A stretch of 64,000 nucleotides of DNA from the human T2T-CHM13v2.0 reference genome, Homo sapiens, in the NCBI RefSeq assembly GCF_009914755.1, contig NC_060925.1. One strand, given 5' to 3'. Position 1 is the stretch's first letter; each line of letters opens with the position of its first letter. The translations under genes and the position numbers were made by a program. The notes below the pieces were generated by a model. The model worked only from the letters and a program-made list of their open reading frames with translations. It had not been told where the DNA came from and searched no databases. Shown in pieces: positions 15,460 through 30,464 of the stretch.

Positions 15460-15820
15460 TGTAGGGAAAAAAAAGAGAGATCAGACTGTTACTGTGTCTA
15501 TATAGAAAGGGAAGACATAAGAGACTCCATTTTGAAAAAGAGCTGTACTTTAAACAATTGCTTTGCTGAGATGTTGTTAATTTGTAGCTTTGCCCCAGCC
15601 ACTTTGACACAGCCCTAGATCCCTTAAACCTTGATTTTATACAACACATGTTTTTGTGAGCTCCAGGTTGGGTCAAAGTGGCTGGGGCAAAGCTACAAAT
15701 TAACAACATCTCAGCAAAGCAATTGTTTAAAGTATAGCTCTTTTTCAAAATGGAGTCTCTTATGTCTTCCCTTTCTATATAGACACAGTAACAGTCTGAT
15801 CTCTCTTTCTTTTCCCTACA
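15460..15820. mobile_element. HERV-K (HML-2) LTR5A/LTR5B-derived palindromic element made of two inverted U3 5' ends
   Basis: Both ends read TGTAGGGAAAA(G/A)AAAGAGAGATCAGACTGTTACTGTGTCTAT inward. Arms 15460-15608 and 15672-15820. Flanked by GGGATA / GGGATG. Confidence 0.9.
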
Positions 15821-16484
15821 GGGATGATGACGTTTGGGATCAGTTCTACTCTGTGGTTTCTGAGATGAGACTTGGTCTAAACTAGAACTCCTACTTTCCA
15901 ATCTCTTGACCACCCAGCTAGTCATGGGATGAACACATAAACTCCTCTCTCCAGCAAAACTAAACCAAACCAGGAAAGCAGATTATTTATTTATGTATAT
16001 GATGCAATCAAACCTGGAACCAGCTGTATGAGGTAAGGAAAGAATGAAGGGTAAATACAGGAATGGGGTTTCCATTTTTTGCCTCTGAGCCAAAACTAAT
16101 TGTTTCACAGGAGCCTTGTTCTCTGCTGGGATCAGAACTGCAACCCCACATCATGCCTTGGAAGAGACATGTGAGCCCTGAACATCATTTACTGGAAAGC
16201 AGGAAGAGGGGTGGAGCCTACTGTCCTGCATCCCATGATGGATCCTTGAAGTTCCAAGTTTTCCTTGCATGACAAGGACACTTCCCAGCATTTCTGGTCC
16301 TCATTGCTGCCCATCTATATCATGGGGGCTGGAACCGGGCATTTGGAGCTCTCGATTTGTAAAATGGGCTCATTAGGGAAAAGTCCATTTCTTTCCAATA
16401 AAGAACACTCAAATACAAACAGAATTTTCTTAAGTTGGCTCACATGGGCTTTAGACTCCTGACAAATAAAACAAAATAGTCTGA

Positions 16485-17770
<1,286 letters not shown>

Positions 17771-17890
17771 AGATGCCTGCTCCTCCTATTGAATCCTTTT
17801 AGACATCATCTGATACCTCGGGCAGTGCCCTATGGACTGCTGTTGATTCAGACATAGCTGTCCATGAGCTGGAGGAAAACAGTCATATAA

Positions 17891-18259
<369 letters not shown>

Positions 18260-18415
18260 TAATTGCAGCACATTTCAAAAGTTATAACCAAGCCAATGGC
18301 TTTTCTTGTCAACAGTTGCAGATTTATAAATAAGAAATGAGTCGTTTACCTCTATCAATGTCAACATTAGCTGACATAATTAGTGAATCCAGTTTCAGGT
18401 ACTTATGAAAAATGG

Positions 18416-18915
18416 TGTTATCAAGCAAAAAGTGATTGCTGCCTGATGCACTAGAAGCCAGTGCTATGACTCTGGGTTTTTGACAAAAGAAAAGCTTTCT
18501 ATTGCAACAGGGGTCAAGCTCAAACCTGTCTCCCTGAGACGGCTTTAAGGCAGGGCATAATTTTATTAGAAAAGGTTTAGCGGGTGGATATTGGGATTGT
18601 AGGTGATTAGTGAAAGGAAAGGGGAGGCCTAGAAAATCCTCAGGTTTGCACAGTTATCTCTTCATGTTGCCTCAGGGGTCCCATGAGAAAATTTCAAGGG
18701 GTTAATATGAAACACGTGGTAGAAATTCAGGCTGTGACTTCACCAAGCTCACTGTGTGCAAACTCCAGTTGGCCATGGTGGTTCCAACTGATTTCTGCTA
18801 GTTTTATCTCACAAGCAGAGGTAGTTTCAGCATTTGAGCAAGTTGTTTCTTACCTTGCAAACTCAAGAATTTCTGTTAGTTACTGACTTCTTTAATCCTT
18901 TAGGGCACAATTTCA
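18416..18915 (-). mobile_element. ERV1-class solo LTR (MER4 group, subfamily uncertain)
   Basis: TG...CA termini; minus strand starts TGAAATTGTGCCC...aacagaaattcttgagtttgcaagg. Confidence 0.55.
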
Positions 18916-19021
18916 GTGGTAATAACCTGTTGGAGGCTGACTACAACCCCCTATTCCCTACCCCTTTCTCCTTTGTCCACATCCACAGATAAATTGAGAA
19001 AATGAAACACTCACTTTCCTA

Positions 19022-19658
19022 CTAAGGGCAGGAGGAGGCAGCCAAATGCCTAGGCAGATGGGGGCGGGTCCCCGGTGAAATCCCGCCTCCAAGCTGAAGA
19101 CAGTTTAAAGCCTGAAAGCCAAGCTACAACTTAAATCCTTGGACCAGATTGAGAACTTGTCTTCCTGTTTGGTGTGCTTTCCTCTGATTGATCCCCACCC
19201 TTCACCTATTTTACATATACCTGTCCTTTCCTAACTGATTTTCTACACTGTCATGCCCACCTTTGAGTAGAGTCTTTGCTTTAACCTTTTTTGCATACTC
19301 ATAAACCAATCAACACATACTCCCCATTCTGAGTCCATAAAAAGCCCCAGACCCAGCCACATGGGGCTTTCCCACCTTCTGGTAGGGAGACCACCCCTGC
19401 ATCCCCTCCCCACTGAAAGCTGTTTCATTGGTCAAAAAAATTCTTCTCCATCACCCTCACCCTTCAGAGTTCAGCACAGCCTCATTCATTCTGGGCGTGG
19501 GACAAGAACTCAGGAACTGGTATACAAGCCAGACCTGGCCCAGGGGGGCCGATTGGGTGAGGCACCTCCAGGGACAGGTAGTGTGCCCCAAGCAAGGCCT
19601 CCAGCATCACCAGCAAGAGGTCCCTGACTGGCAAAGGGACCGAGAAAAATCCTGCATC
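19022..19658 (+). mobile_element. ERV1-class solo LTR (LTR1/LTR27-like) nested in an older ERVL LTR
   Basis: ggaggcagccaaatgcctaggcagat...ataaaagccccagacccagccac...gaaaaatcctgcatca. Confidence 0.6.
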
Positions 19659-20006
19659 ACTGCTCTCCTCTGTAACCATTAGTGGTCAAGTAAGATAGTT
19701 CTGACCAATGAGACAAACAGAAATCTGTTGAGGGCTTTTGGGAGAGCTTTCTCTGTCCTTTTATCAGCAGAGTCAGTGGCTCAGACACTAACCCTGCTTC
19801 CTTCTTCAAATGTTGATGTAATGTCTGGAGACAAAACAGCCATTTTGCAACCATGAGGCAACAAGTGTAAGGACCAAAAGCCAGCAAGCAAAGAATGATA
19901 GAAAACACCTGGGTTTTTGCTTGGCATATAGAGTTATTTAAACTAGTACAAATGATTGCCTATCTCTGCACTATTGTGTGAGTACTATTTGCAGCATTTT
20001 TAGGCA

Positions 20007-21887
20007 AGTAAATTAGTACTGCAGAGAGTGGGACACTGCTGTAAAGATATCAAAAAATGTGGAAGTAACTTTTGAACTGGGTAGCAGGCAGAGGTTGGAA
20101 CAGTTTGGAGGGCTCAGAAGACAGGAAGATGTGGGAAAGTTTAGAACTTCCTAGAGACTTGTTGAATGGTTTTGACCAAAATGTTGATAGAGATGTTGAC
20201 AATGAAGTTCAGTCTGAAGTGGTCTCAGATGGAAATAAGGAACTTATTGGGAACTGGAGCAAATGTCACTCTTGCTATGCTTTAGCAAAGAGACTGGCAG
20301 CATTTTACCCCTGCCTTTAGGATCTGGGGAACTTTGAACTTGAGAGAAATGATCTGAAATAGGAACTTATGTTTAAAAAGGAAGCAAAGCATGAAAGTTT
20401 TGAATATTTGCATCCTGATGATGGGGTAGAAAATAAAAGAACCATTTTCTTGGGAGAAATTCAAGCCAGCTGCACAAATTTGCATAAGTAATGAGAAGCC
20501 AAATGTTAATCACCAAGACAATGAGGAAAATGGCTCCAGGGCATGTCAGAGACCTTCACCACAGTCCCTCCCATCACAGGCCTGGAGGCCTAACAGGGAA
20601 AAATGGTTTTGTGGGCAGGCCTAGGGCCCGCCTGCTCTGTGCAGCCTCTGGACTTGGTGTCCTACGTTCCAACCCCTCCAGCTTAAGCCATGGCTAAAAG
20701 GGGCCAAGGTACAGCTCAGGCCATTGCTTCAGAGGGTGCAAGCCCCAAGCCTTGGCAGCTTCCACATGGTGTTGGGCCTGTGGGTGCACAGGAGACAAGA
20801 ATTGAGGTTTGGGAACCTAGATTTCAGAGTATGTATGGAAATGCCTGGATGTCCAGGCAGAAGTCTACTGCAGGGGTGGAGATCCCATGAAGAACTTCTG
20901 CTAGGGCAATGTGGAAGGGAAATGTGGGGTTGCAGCCCTCACACAGAGTTGCCATTGGGGCACTGCCTAGTGGAACTGTGAGAAGACGGCCACCATCCTC
21001 CAGACCCCAGAATGGTAGATCCACCTGGCTTGCACCATGCACCTGGAAAAGCCACAGACACTCAATGCCAGCCTGTGAAAGCAGCCAGGAAGGGGGCTGT
21101 GCCCTGCAAAACCACAGGGGTGGAGCTGCCCAAGGCCATGGGACCTTGCTGCTTGCATCAGCATGACCTGGATGTGAGACATGGAGTCAAAGGCAATCAT
21201 TTTGGAGCTTTAAGATTGAATGACTGCTCCACTGAATTTTGGACTTGCATGGGGCCTGTAGCCCTTCTGTTTTGGCCAATTTATCCAACTGCCTGTACCC
21301 CCACTGTATCTTGGAAGTAACTAACTTGCTTTTGATTTTACAGGCTCCTAGGCAGAAGGGTCTTGCCTTGTCTCAGATGAGACTTTGGACTTGGACTTTT
21401 GGGTTAATGCTGGAATGAATTAAGCCTCTGGGGGACTGTTGGGAAGGCATGATTGGTTTTGAAATCTGAAAAGGCATGAGATTTGGGAAGGGCCGGTGGA
21501 GAATGATACGGTTTAGCTCTGTGTCCCCACCCAAATTTCATCTCGAATTGTAATCCCAACCTGTCAAGGGAGGCACCTGTAATCCCCATGTGTCAAGAGA
21601 GGGAGGTGACTGGATCATGGGGACGATTTCCCCTATGCTATTCTCATGAGAGTGAGTTTGCATGAGATCTGATGGCTTTATAAGTGCTTGACAGTTCCTC
21701 CTTCACACACACTTTTCTCTCTTCTCCAGCCTTACAAAGATGGTGTCTCCTTCCCCTTCCACCATCATTGTAAGTTTCCTGAGGCCTCCCCAGCCATGCA
21801 GAACTGTGAGCCAATTAAACCTCTTTCCCTTATAAATTACCAAGTCTCAGGTATTTATTTAGAGCAGTGTGAAAATGGACTAATACA
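20007..21887 (+). mobile_element. MST/THE1-type MaLR: internal region (~20007-21503) plus 3' LTR (21504-21887); no 5' LTR
   Basis: Internal motifs ttgaactgggtagcaggcagaggttggaacagtttggagggctcagaag. LTR runs tgatacggtttagctctgtgtccccacccaaat...ggactaataca. Confidence 0.85.
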
Positions 21888-22577
21888 GGCAGTTATGTGC
21901 AGCTGAAAAACATTCTTAAATAGCACAACCTTTATTCTCACTTGGAGGCCAGAAGAACATTATTCAAGAATTCAATTCTATTAAGCACAGTATATTTCAT
22001 GTTGAATTTTGGCTCCCTCTTTGTAATAGGCTTTGCTTTTTACAATTGTTTTAGTTGTTTTGTTTTTAGGGGAGTCATCAAAGTGTAGAGTATAATATTT
22101 TCCTAAGGCCAGAGCTTGTCTGCTATACCCAGATGAGGCTAGTAACTCTAAGCCATGACTGAATACCAAAGCTAGTGTCATGCTTTCCTTTCCTGTTAGT
22201 TTTTATTTTATCATCTAATATGCTCCATCCATAATTAGTCCTATGATGTGAGTCCGAGTGATTGTTCTGCTTCTATTTTCAGTAAGATAGGAAAAATGGT
22301 TATCTTCTCTTTGTCCACTCTCAAGCAGTTTTATGGTTCTTAATTTAAGTCCACAGGGTATTGAGCTCCTCTAAGAAAATTGTATATGAGCCTGGTGATA
22401 TATGCATTGTTGGTACACAGAGCTTTGTATAACAGCTGTGATCCTGAAAAACTGGACAAAAAGAAAAACTTTTCCAATGTACATTCCAGGAGCTCTCTAT
22501 TTATGGTAGTTCATGGTCAACCTGGCAACTAAAGAATACTCTTACTAAACAAATAATAGCATGAACGTTTATCTGTT

Positions 22578-22808
22578 CCAAGGATTGGCAAACTACAGCC
22601 CATGGGCCAAATCTGGGCTGGACCACCATCTGTTTGTGTAAACAAGTTTTATTGCAACACAGCCATGCTCATTAGTTTATGAATAGTCCAGGATGCTTTT
22701 GTGCTACAACAGCACAGTTGAGTTGTTGCAACAGAGAACATATGAACTGCAAAGCCTGAAATATTTATTACATGGCCCTTTATAGAAAAAGCTTGCTAAC
22801 CCCTAATC
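22578..22808 (+). mobile_element. MER58 (hAT-Charlie) element
   Basis: ttggcaaactacagcccatgggccaaatc...tggccctttatagaaaaagcttgctaacccct. A second copy lies at ~45313-45528. Confidence 0.7.
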
Positions 22809-23094
22809 TATTCTGTTAACTCAGATTGTGCATGACAGAGGAGTTAGCTATAGACTTATATATTGTCCTTTCATTTAAAAATTAGCTTTAGAAACATCTA
22901 CTGTATTTACAACACTTATTTAATGTATAATTTTATTATTCCATTCCTGTATGAAGGGATGACTATACTGGGAATTCTGAATATAATGACACCAAAATAA
23001 TTAGACAATATGTTTTATCCAATCCATAATGAATATTATAGGTAGAAATAGTCACTTTTTCACCAATCGAAAACTGATTAAAAAGAATATTGCT

Positions 23095-23393
23095 GGCTAG
23101 GCACAGTGGCTCACACCTGTAATACCAGCACTTTGGGAGGCTGAGGTGGTGAAACACTTGAGCCCAGGAGTTTGAGACCAGCTTCGGCAACATGGCAAAA
23201 CCCCATCTATACAAAAAATACAAAGAATTATCTAGGTTTGGTGGCACGTGCCTGTAGTCCCAGCTTCCTCAGGAGGCTGGGGTGGGAAGATCACCTGAGC
23301 CCAGGAGGTCAAAGCTGCAGTGAGCCATGATCATGCCACTATACTTCAGTCCGGGTAACAGAGTAAGACATTGTCACAAACAAACAAACAAAC
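23095..23393 (+). mobile_element. AluJ-like element
   Basis: Dimeric Alu, (AAAC)n tail, TSD agaatatt. Confidence 0.85.
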
Positions 23394-26383
23394 AGAATAT
23401 TCCTGGCAAAATTTAGATGTGCAGAATTTGAGCCTGAGACATTGGACTTGACTACAGCAGGGGAAAAATAAAACAAAAGGAAACTTTGGATCTGGCCATA
23501 AAAGAAAACTCACAGTAGCAGAAGCTATACTCAGGAAAATCTGATGGGGACAAAAATCAATTGATTAATTAGCTCTTTATTATAAGCTTTAAATGGAAAA
23601 GAATCTATCCTGATGAAAATTACTTTTCAGAAATAAAAATAGAAAATGTTTCATTAACTTTTAGAAAAATAAAAATGATTTAACTACACTACATAAAAAT
23701 TGATTAAGGGATTAAATTGGTTTAATGGATTTTATTCCAGAAAATACTTTTTTGATGAAAATTCATCAGCAGCCACATAAATCTGAGTAAAATACTGTTA
23801 TGTAAAATGTGAATTATCCAATGTCCTCAGTTTGTTTTGACGGGGGATGCATCCCTAGTTCAGGGATGGCCCCGGGCAGGCCTCGGGTGCTATTTCCATG
23901 TCAGTAGAGGGAAGGACCATGAAAGTAGAGACACAAAGTACCGTTTCCAAGTCTGTTATCTCCATTCAGACTTATTTGCCCTTATACTACTGCAGCAACA
24001 TGTCAGTGGTCCGAACTTTGTGTGTTTGCTTTGGCACTCAGGGTTGGGAAAAGTCTACAATGAAGAGTTCTGCTCACCATTTAATAAGTTTAGATAAGAA
24101 ACAGCTATCCAAATGGAAAAATATTGTCATCCTTTTCCCACCGAAGCCCCATAGTTGCAATGATATAAATATTGCTCTTGTGGGACTGAAATGCTATCTT
24201 TTGCGAAAACTGAGTTCTAGAAATAATATTTATTTAATGTTCAGTTCTTCTACAGAAAACATTGCAAAGAAATTTGGAAAGAGAAATATCAGTTAATGCC
24301 TTTCTACTGCAAAGAGAAGTAGAGAATTCAGAGTGGATCCAAGAGGCCAGTCATGGTAGGACTGCTAGGAAAGGCTCCCAACTAGAGCCAGTAAGACAGT
24401 AGTCACTGGGATTTCTGTCACCATTAGGGCCTCCTGCCAGCCATTCCACAGAGACCTAAATGACTGAACATCATCATGAAGAGAAGTGCCCACAACAACT
24501 GCTTTGCTCACCTTAATGATAAGAAGGATCAACTCTGCCTTATAAATGGTTCAGTGGAAATGATCAATTCACAATGTCTGGGGCTGGTATTTCTCTTAGG
24601 GACAAGGCAGTGTGTGCTATTTAGACTGCAAAATTGGAATGACTTCACTTGGCATCACGGCAGCCAGAGCCAACTTTGAATGGATCCCTGGATCTTCCAG
24701 GTGAATGGAATTTAACAAGCACAATAATAAACAAGTTATTGATGACTATGTGCCAGGACTTGTGTTAGACACTTTATATGCAATGTTCCATCTTTTTCTC
24801 CCTAAGACATAGACAGTGTTATTTTCCCCCATTTTATTGATAAAGATGACAAAGAACAGAGAAGACAGATCTCAGTTAGTTAGGGAGCCAAGATTTGAAT
24901 CCAAGCATTTTGTCCTCAGATACAGTTTTTAAACCAGCAAACCTACTGAAAAAAAAGTCTGAATGTCATTCCAGTCCTTCCATACCCCTTCACCCATAGG
25001 TGTCATTTTTGTCATCCTAATCCTCCAAATTTAAAAACTAAAAGAACCAAAAAAAAAAGACTTCACCTAAGATCCTAAGATGTCACTCTACTGGCTAAGG
25101 TGGGAGAGGGCTCTATTTGGCTTGCATTTACTATGTTTAAAAAAAAACATAGTAAGCATAGCTTATTGGATGACTTATATCACTTCATTACATCCTTAAT
25201 CAATAGTAGGGAGTCTAATGGGTGAATGAATCTCTTCAATCATCCTTTCCAAGCATCTCTCCTCCAAAACTCAGAGACGAGTCTTAATTCAAACTGGGAG
25301 AATCATGATCTGGAGAGGAATAACACTTAAGTGCCATTCATCTCATTCTTCCTCCTGTCTGCAGATTTGTCTAAACCCAGCAGGGCTTCCCAAAAAAGCC
25401 AGATGCTATGTCTCCCCAACCATTTGCTTCCCACCCCACACCACTCTCTCATATCTCCCAATGCTTCCTAAGAAGACGTCTGGGCTAGCTGAGTGACGAA
25501 TAAAGAATTTGGATAAAATACTGAAAGTTCTCCCTTCTCCTTTTCTCCTAAGTGGTCATGTGAATGGTGACCTTCTGGAGTCAAAGTTACCATCTCTGTT
25601 TTCTACACTGAGGATATGAATGGTGGGATGTTCAGGGATGGTGGCAGGAAATTAGAACCACAGTGGGCCTTGGAGAACCCTAAAATCACACCAGGAGTGC
25701 TCAGGGATGACCCTGATGCCTAGAAAGGATTCTCTCTCCTCCTACAATGTTGAGGCAAGAGAAAAACACAACTCCCCTCAGCTTCCTGCTCCAGACATTA
25801 ATGACTCCACTCTTGTCAGGAATTGTTACTTATGCCTTAACCCATGGGTGGCCCCCCAAGCCAGGGCAGGGAGATTGTCTCATGATACCAAACATCCAGA
25901 TTGTGAATCCCAGATGTCCTCCCAGGAGGAAAATATCCAACTGCCCTCACTGCACTAGTCCATGATCGTAACCAAAAACTATCAGACTCAACAAATATTT
26001 ACTGAGGACATATAAATAGACTGCAGTTACAGAGGAGATTAGAAAATTGAGAGGGAATACTAGGGACAGATTTATGCCATTAAGTGTGAAAACTTAAGTA
26101 ATATGCATAATATCTAGCAAAATTTAAATGACAAATACAGCCTCCAGAAGAAATCAAGACCCTAAGTAACTAACTAAGGAGGACATATAAAGTTCAGTCA
26201 GAGCTCTGTCCCCTAAAAGGCACCATGCCTGGAATGGGAAAATGACTTCTAGGGAACCAATAATTCTCATCTTTTATGAGTAATTATTGATACCTACCCT
26301 ATATAAGGTACTGACATGGGAGACATAAATTATATGACAATTTCCTGCCTTCAAGAACCTCAGTCACATTGAAGAGGTAATAT

Positions 26384-27116
26384 TGTAACCACCCAATTAG
26401 CTCATCTTCCCCACTGCCCAGATAGAGCTGATTTATCAAGACAGGGGAGTTGCAATAGAGAAAGAGTTTTATACACATAGAGCCACCTGAACAGGACACC
26501 AGAGTTTTATTATTACTCAGATCAGCCTCCTCAAAAATATGAAGGCAGGGGTTTTTAAAAGATAGTTTGGTAGGCAGGTGGCTAGAGAACAGATGCTGCT
26601 GATTGGTTGGAGATGCAATCATAGGGGTGTGGAAAAAATGGTCCTCATATGCTGAGCCTGCTTCTAGGTCAGGGACCACAGGTAGGGGTCGTGGGTCCAG
26701 GTAAAGTCACCTGGTTTCAGAAATACAAAAGTCTGAAAAGGAATCTGAAAAGGCCAATTTTAGGGTCTAGAGTAGTGATGTTAATTATAGGAGTAATTGA
26801 GAAAGTTGCAAATTTCATGACCTCCAGAATAACGGCTGGTGATTGCTTAACTATGTCTACATCTCAGCAGAATTCAGGCCCCTCTCATTCTTTTGACCTG
26901 GTGGCCTTTCATTAGTTTTACAAAGATGACTTAGTTTTGGGAAGGTCTATCATCATTTAAACTATAAACTAAATTTCTCCTAAAGTTAGCTTGACCCATG
27001 CCCCAAAATGACCCAGGACAGTTTAGAGGTTAAAAGGCAAGAAGGAGATGGTTAGGTCAGATCTCCTCCGCTGTCATAATTTGCTCACCGTTATAATTTT
27101 CGCTAAGGAGGTTTCA
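26384..27116 (-). mobile_element. LTR8/LTR8A solo LTR (ERV1)
   Basis: Minus strand starts TGAAACCTCCTTAGCGAAAATTATAAC...AAATTATGACAG. 4-bp TSD ATAT on both sides. Confidence 0.8.
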
Positions 27117-27864
27117 ATATTTATACCTGTTAAGATATAACTGGCAAAATAATAGCCACGATAATAAAATGCTGCCACTTACTGAGAACTTTTGAGGTAT
27201 GGGTCACCCTTTTAAGCTTTTGCATCTACGGCCTCATTTTCATGCTTTGTAACAGTGTCCACAGCAGCATACAGAGAAGGGGAGAAAAGGTTTGTGTGTA
27301 CTCTTTGCACCATAGCTCTTTCAGCACATGCATTAGTTTTGCTCTTGCCTCACATCCTCTTTTACTAATGCCAGGAAACACATCCAACACAACCTTATAC
27401 TCCCTGCAATCCCTGTCTCATGGGAGTAGAGAATCCTCATAGTGAGGATTGAATTAGTTAACATATGAAAGCATTTGGAGCAGAGCCTGCCAGGCAGTGA
27501 GCCCTGGGAGAGCATTAGTTGCTATATCACTCGTGAAAAGCCTTCCGGAAATGTGGTTGTCCACTAGGAGACTGAGCAAAGACAGTCAGGTACCCATGCA
27601 GTTAACTCAGTCAGGCTAACAGCAAACAGAACTTCAAAGGCCACCTGACCCTCTCCCCTGACCCAGAAAGCCTGAGGCACCTGCCTGGTGCAGTTTCTCC
27701 ACCATCTGCCATGCAGGGCACCACCATGCCCTTTGACCCCCACCTTCCACTCTCTCTCTGGACTTTCATCCGCACTCAGCAACAGCCTGTTGGCGCCAAA
27801 CAGCCTCCAGCCCTAATTGCTCTTCCTAGCTCCCGGGCAGTGTTCCCAACACCTAGTAGCCACT

Positions 27865-29812
27865 GTAAGGACAAATGCAACTTAAAAACAAGAGGCTTAA
27901 TTCTCCCGGTTGAAAATGGGGGAAGAGATTTCCCTCCCTCTCTTATTCTCAGAGCATTTACCTTAGAAAACTTGTAATTATAAGCACTTTCTCCTCTCTT
28001 TCAAATGTATATAACATTTTTGTGAAGATCAGATAGGACTTTTGTCAGCTTGATTACCCAGGCATGTGTTTCTCAAGGACCCGGGAGCCATCTCCTTGAA
28101 AGGCAAACATCAAGGGAGAGACAGTGGCCCCAGCTCCCAGTGTCTGTGGGAGGGTGAGAGCCTGCCTTCAGTGGGCACATGCCTCCAAGCTGCAAAACTG
28201 CCTCCTGTCACAAAGATGTAAGAAGCTTGTTTTTCTCTAGATAAAGCCCATTAGCTAATACAGATGGTCACCTCAGTTGCCAGGTAAAGTTAGAATGAGC
28301 TGTGTGTGACAAGTAGTGTTGTCAAGTTCTCTTACTACTATGTCACCCAGTGTAATGCCTACATGACATAGCTGAATTTCTACTCTTCTCTAACCTGTCT
28401 TCTCTATCTTATCTTTAAGAAACAGGAAGGCGGCCTGGGCACGGTGGCTCACGCCTGTAATCCCAGCACTTTGGGAGGCCGAGGCAGGTGGATCACGAGG
28501 TCAGGAGATCGAAACCATCCTGGCTAACACGGTGAAAACCCATCTCTACTAAAAATACAAAAGATTAGCCAGGCGTGGTGGTGCACGCCTATAGTCCCAG
28601 CTACTCAGGAGGCTCCTGACCTTGTGATCCGCCCGGCTAATTTTTGTATTTTTAGTAGAGACAGGGTTTCACCTTGTTGGCCAGGCTGGTCTCAAACTCC
28701 TGACCTCAGGTGATCCACCTGCCTCAGCCTCCCACAGTGCTGGGATTACAGGTGTGAGCTACCATGCCCGGCTATTTTTTTGTTTTGTTTTGTTTTTTAT
28801 ATTTTTAGTAGAGATGGGTTTTTGCCATGTTGGCCAGGCTAGCCTCAAACTCCTGATCTCAAGTGATCCATCCACCTCGGCCTCCCAAACTGCTGGGATT
28901 TCAGGCGTGAGGCAGGGTACCCAGCCAAGATACCCTATATTTTAACCCCCTCACCTCTCACTAGACAAGAAGTTGACTTGCGGCCATGCTCCTGCTTCTC
29001 CATTCTTTGGCCATTGAATAAAGTCTGCACTGCTTGAGGCTCGCTTTGGGTTTCATGTATTGGCTTCACGATACCATCTTTAGGGGAAAAGCTGACTCAG
29101 TTGGTAACAGTTACTGTCCGTCTTGAAAACGTGTGTGGAACGAGCTGTGTCTGCTTGGCTCCATAAGCAGGTGAGCTTCCTTTCTGTCTTGGCTGTCTCT
29201 TAGCAGATTGCTTGTGGTGTGTAACACTTTCTGGTTTAATGTTTTTCTCAATAATGAGAGTGTTTTCTTTCTTTGCTACCTTTGTAGAGAGGATTTCTGG
29301 GTTGGGAGATTTTGTTTTCCATTATACTTCTCCAACAGTGCCCACAGCTGTTGAAGAAAGAAAATAACTTTTATCTGAGGGATGTGAGCCTTTTCAAATT
29401 ATTAGGCCCAGATAGGCATTAAAATTAGACATCAATCGCATCCTACATGCCCCTTTTGAGCTATGTATTCATCCACTGAAACTGCTTGCTATTGCCAAGA
29501 GTAGTTATGAATTAACCTAATAATGCCTCACTGGACACTGTAAACCACACCCTATAGCTTAATAATGTATAGCCTATCACTAATCAATGTTATTTCTGGA
29601 AACCAATGAGAACTCCTGACAGAACTTTGTATCAGGCCACTCCCTGACTCCTCCCTTTTTGTTCCTTTAAAAACCTTGTGACGAAAGCCAAATGGAGTTC
29701 ATATCCAAGGTCACTTGTGTCTGAGGCTTCCAGGCAGCTGTCTTTATTCTGGCTCGAGTAATATTTGTAAATCACACTTCGTGCTTCAGCCTGTCCCTTT
29801 CAGGTCCACACT
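27865..29812 (+). mobile_element. Cluster of nested ERV1-type LTRs interrupted by an Alu composite
   Basis: LTR-like pieces ~27865-28340 resuming ~29110-29337, nested ~28341-29109 (AATAAA, ends ggtaaca), and ~29349-29812. Boundaries approximate. Confidence 0.5.
28432..28926. mobile_element. Composite Alu: truncated + strand Alu joined to inverted Alu fragments
   Basis: + strand 28432-28614; minus-strand pieces 28613-28633, 28634-28772, 28774-28926. Confidence 0.85.
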
Positions 29813-30057
29813 GTTTACCTAGTGCAGGGGTGGCTTCTAGCGGTCCCACAGGCCTCCCAACCCGATTCTCTGCTTCCCCTCCAGCCCCCTTCCATCTGTT
29901 ATCACAGAGCACATAGCCAGTTATTTCTTCAGTATAAATCCATGAGATTTCCTCCCAGAGGAAAACTCCCCAAGGCTGCCCATTGCAATGAGAGGAAACT
30001 CCTAAATCCTTGCCGTGTGCAGTCACTTACACGACCTGGCTGCTGCCCTTCTCTCTA

Positions 30058-30464
<407 letters not shown>

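Noticed and set aside
15449-15925. 158-aa and 84-aa ORFs sharing an identical peptide on opposite strands
   Set aside because: Artefact of the LTR5 inverted repeat, not genes.
20072-21320. Cluster of overlapping 65-100 aa ORFs
   Set aside because: Degenerate MaLR internal sequence, fragmented by stops and frameshifts.
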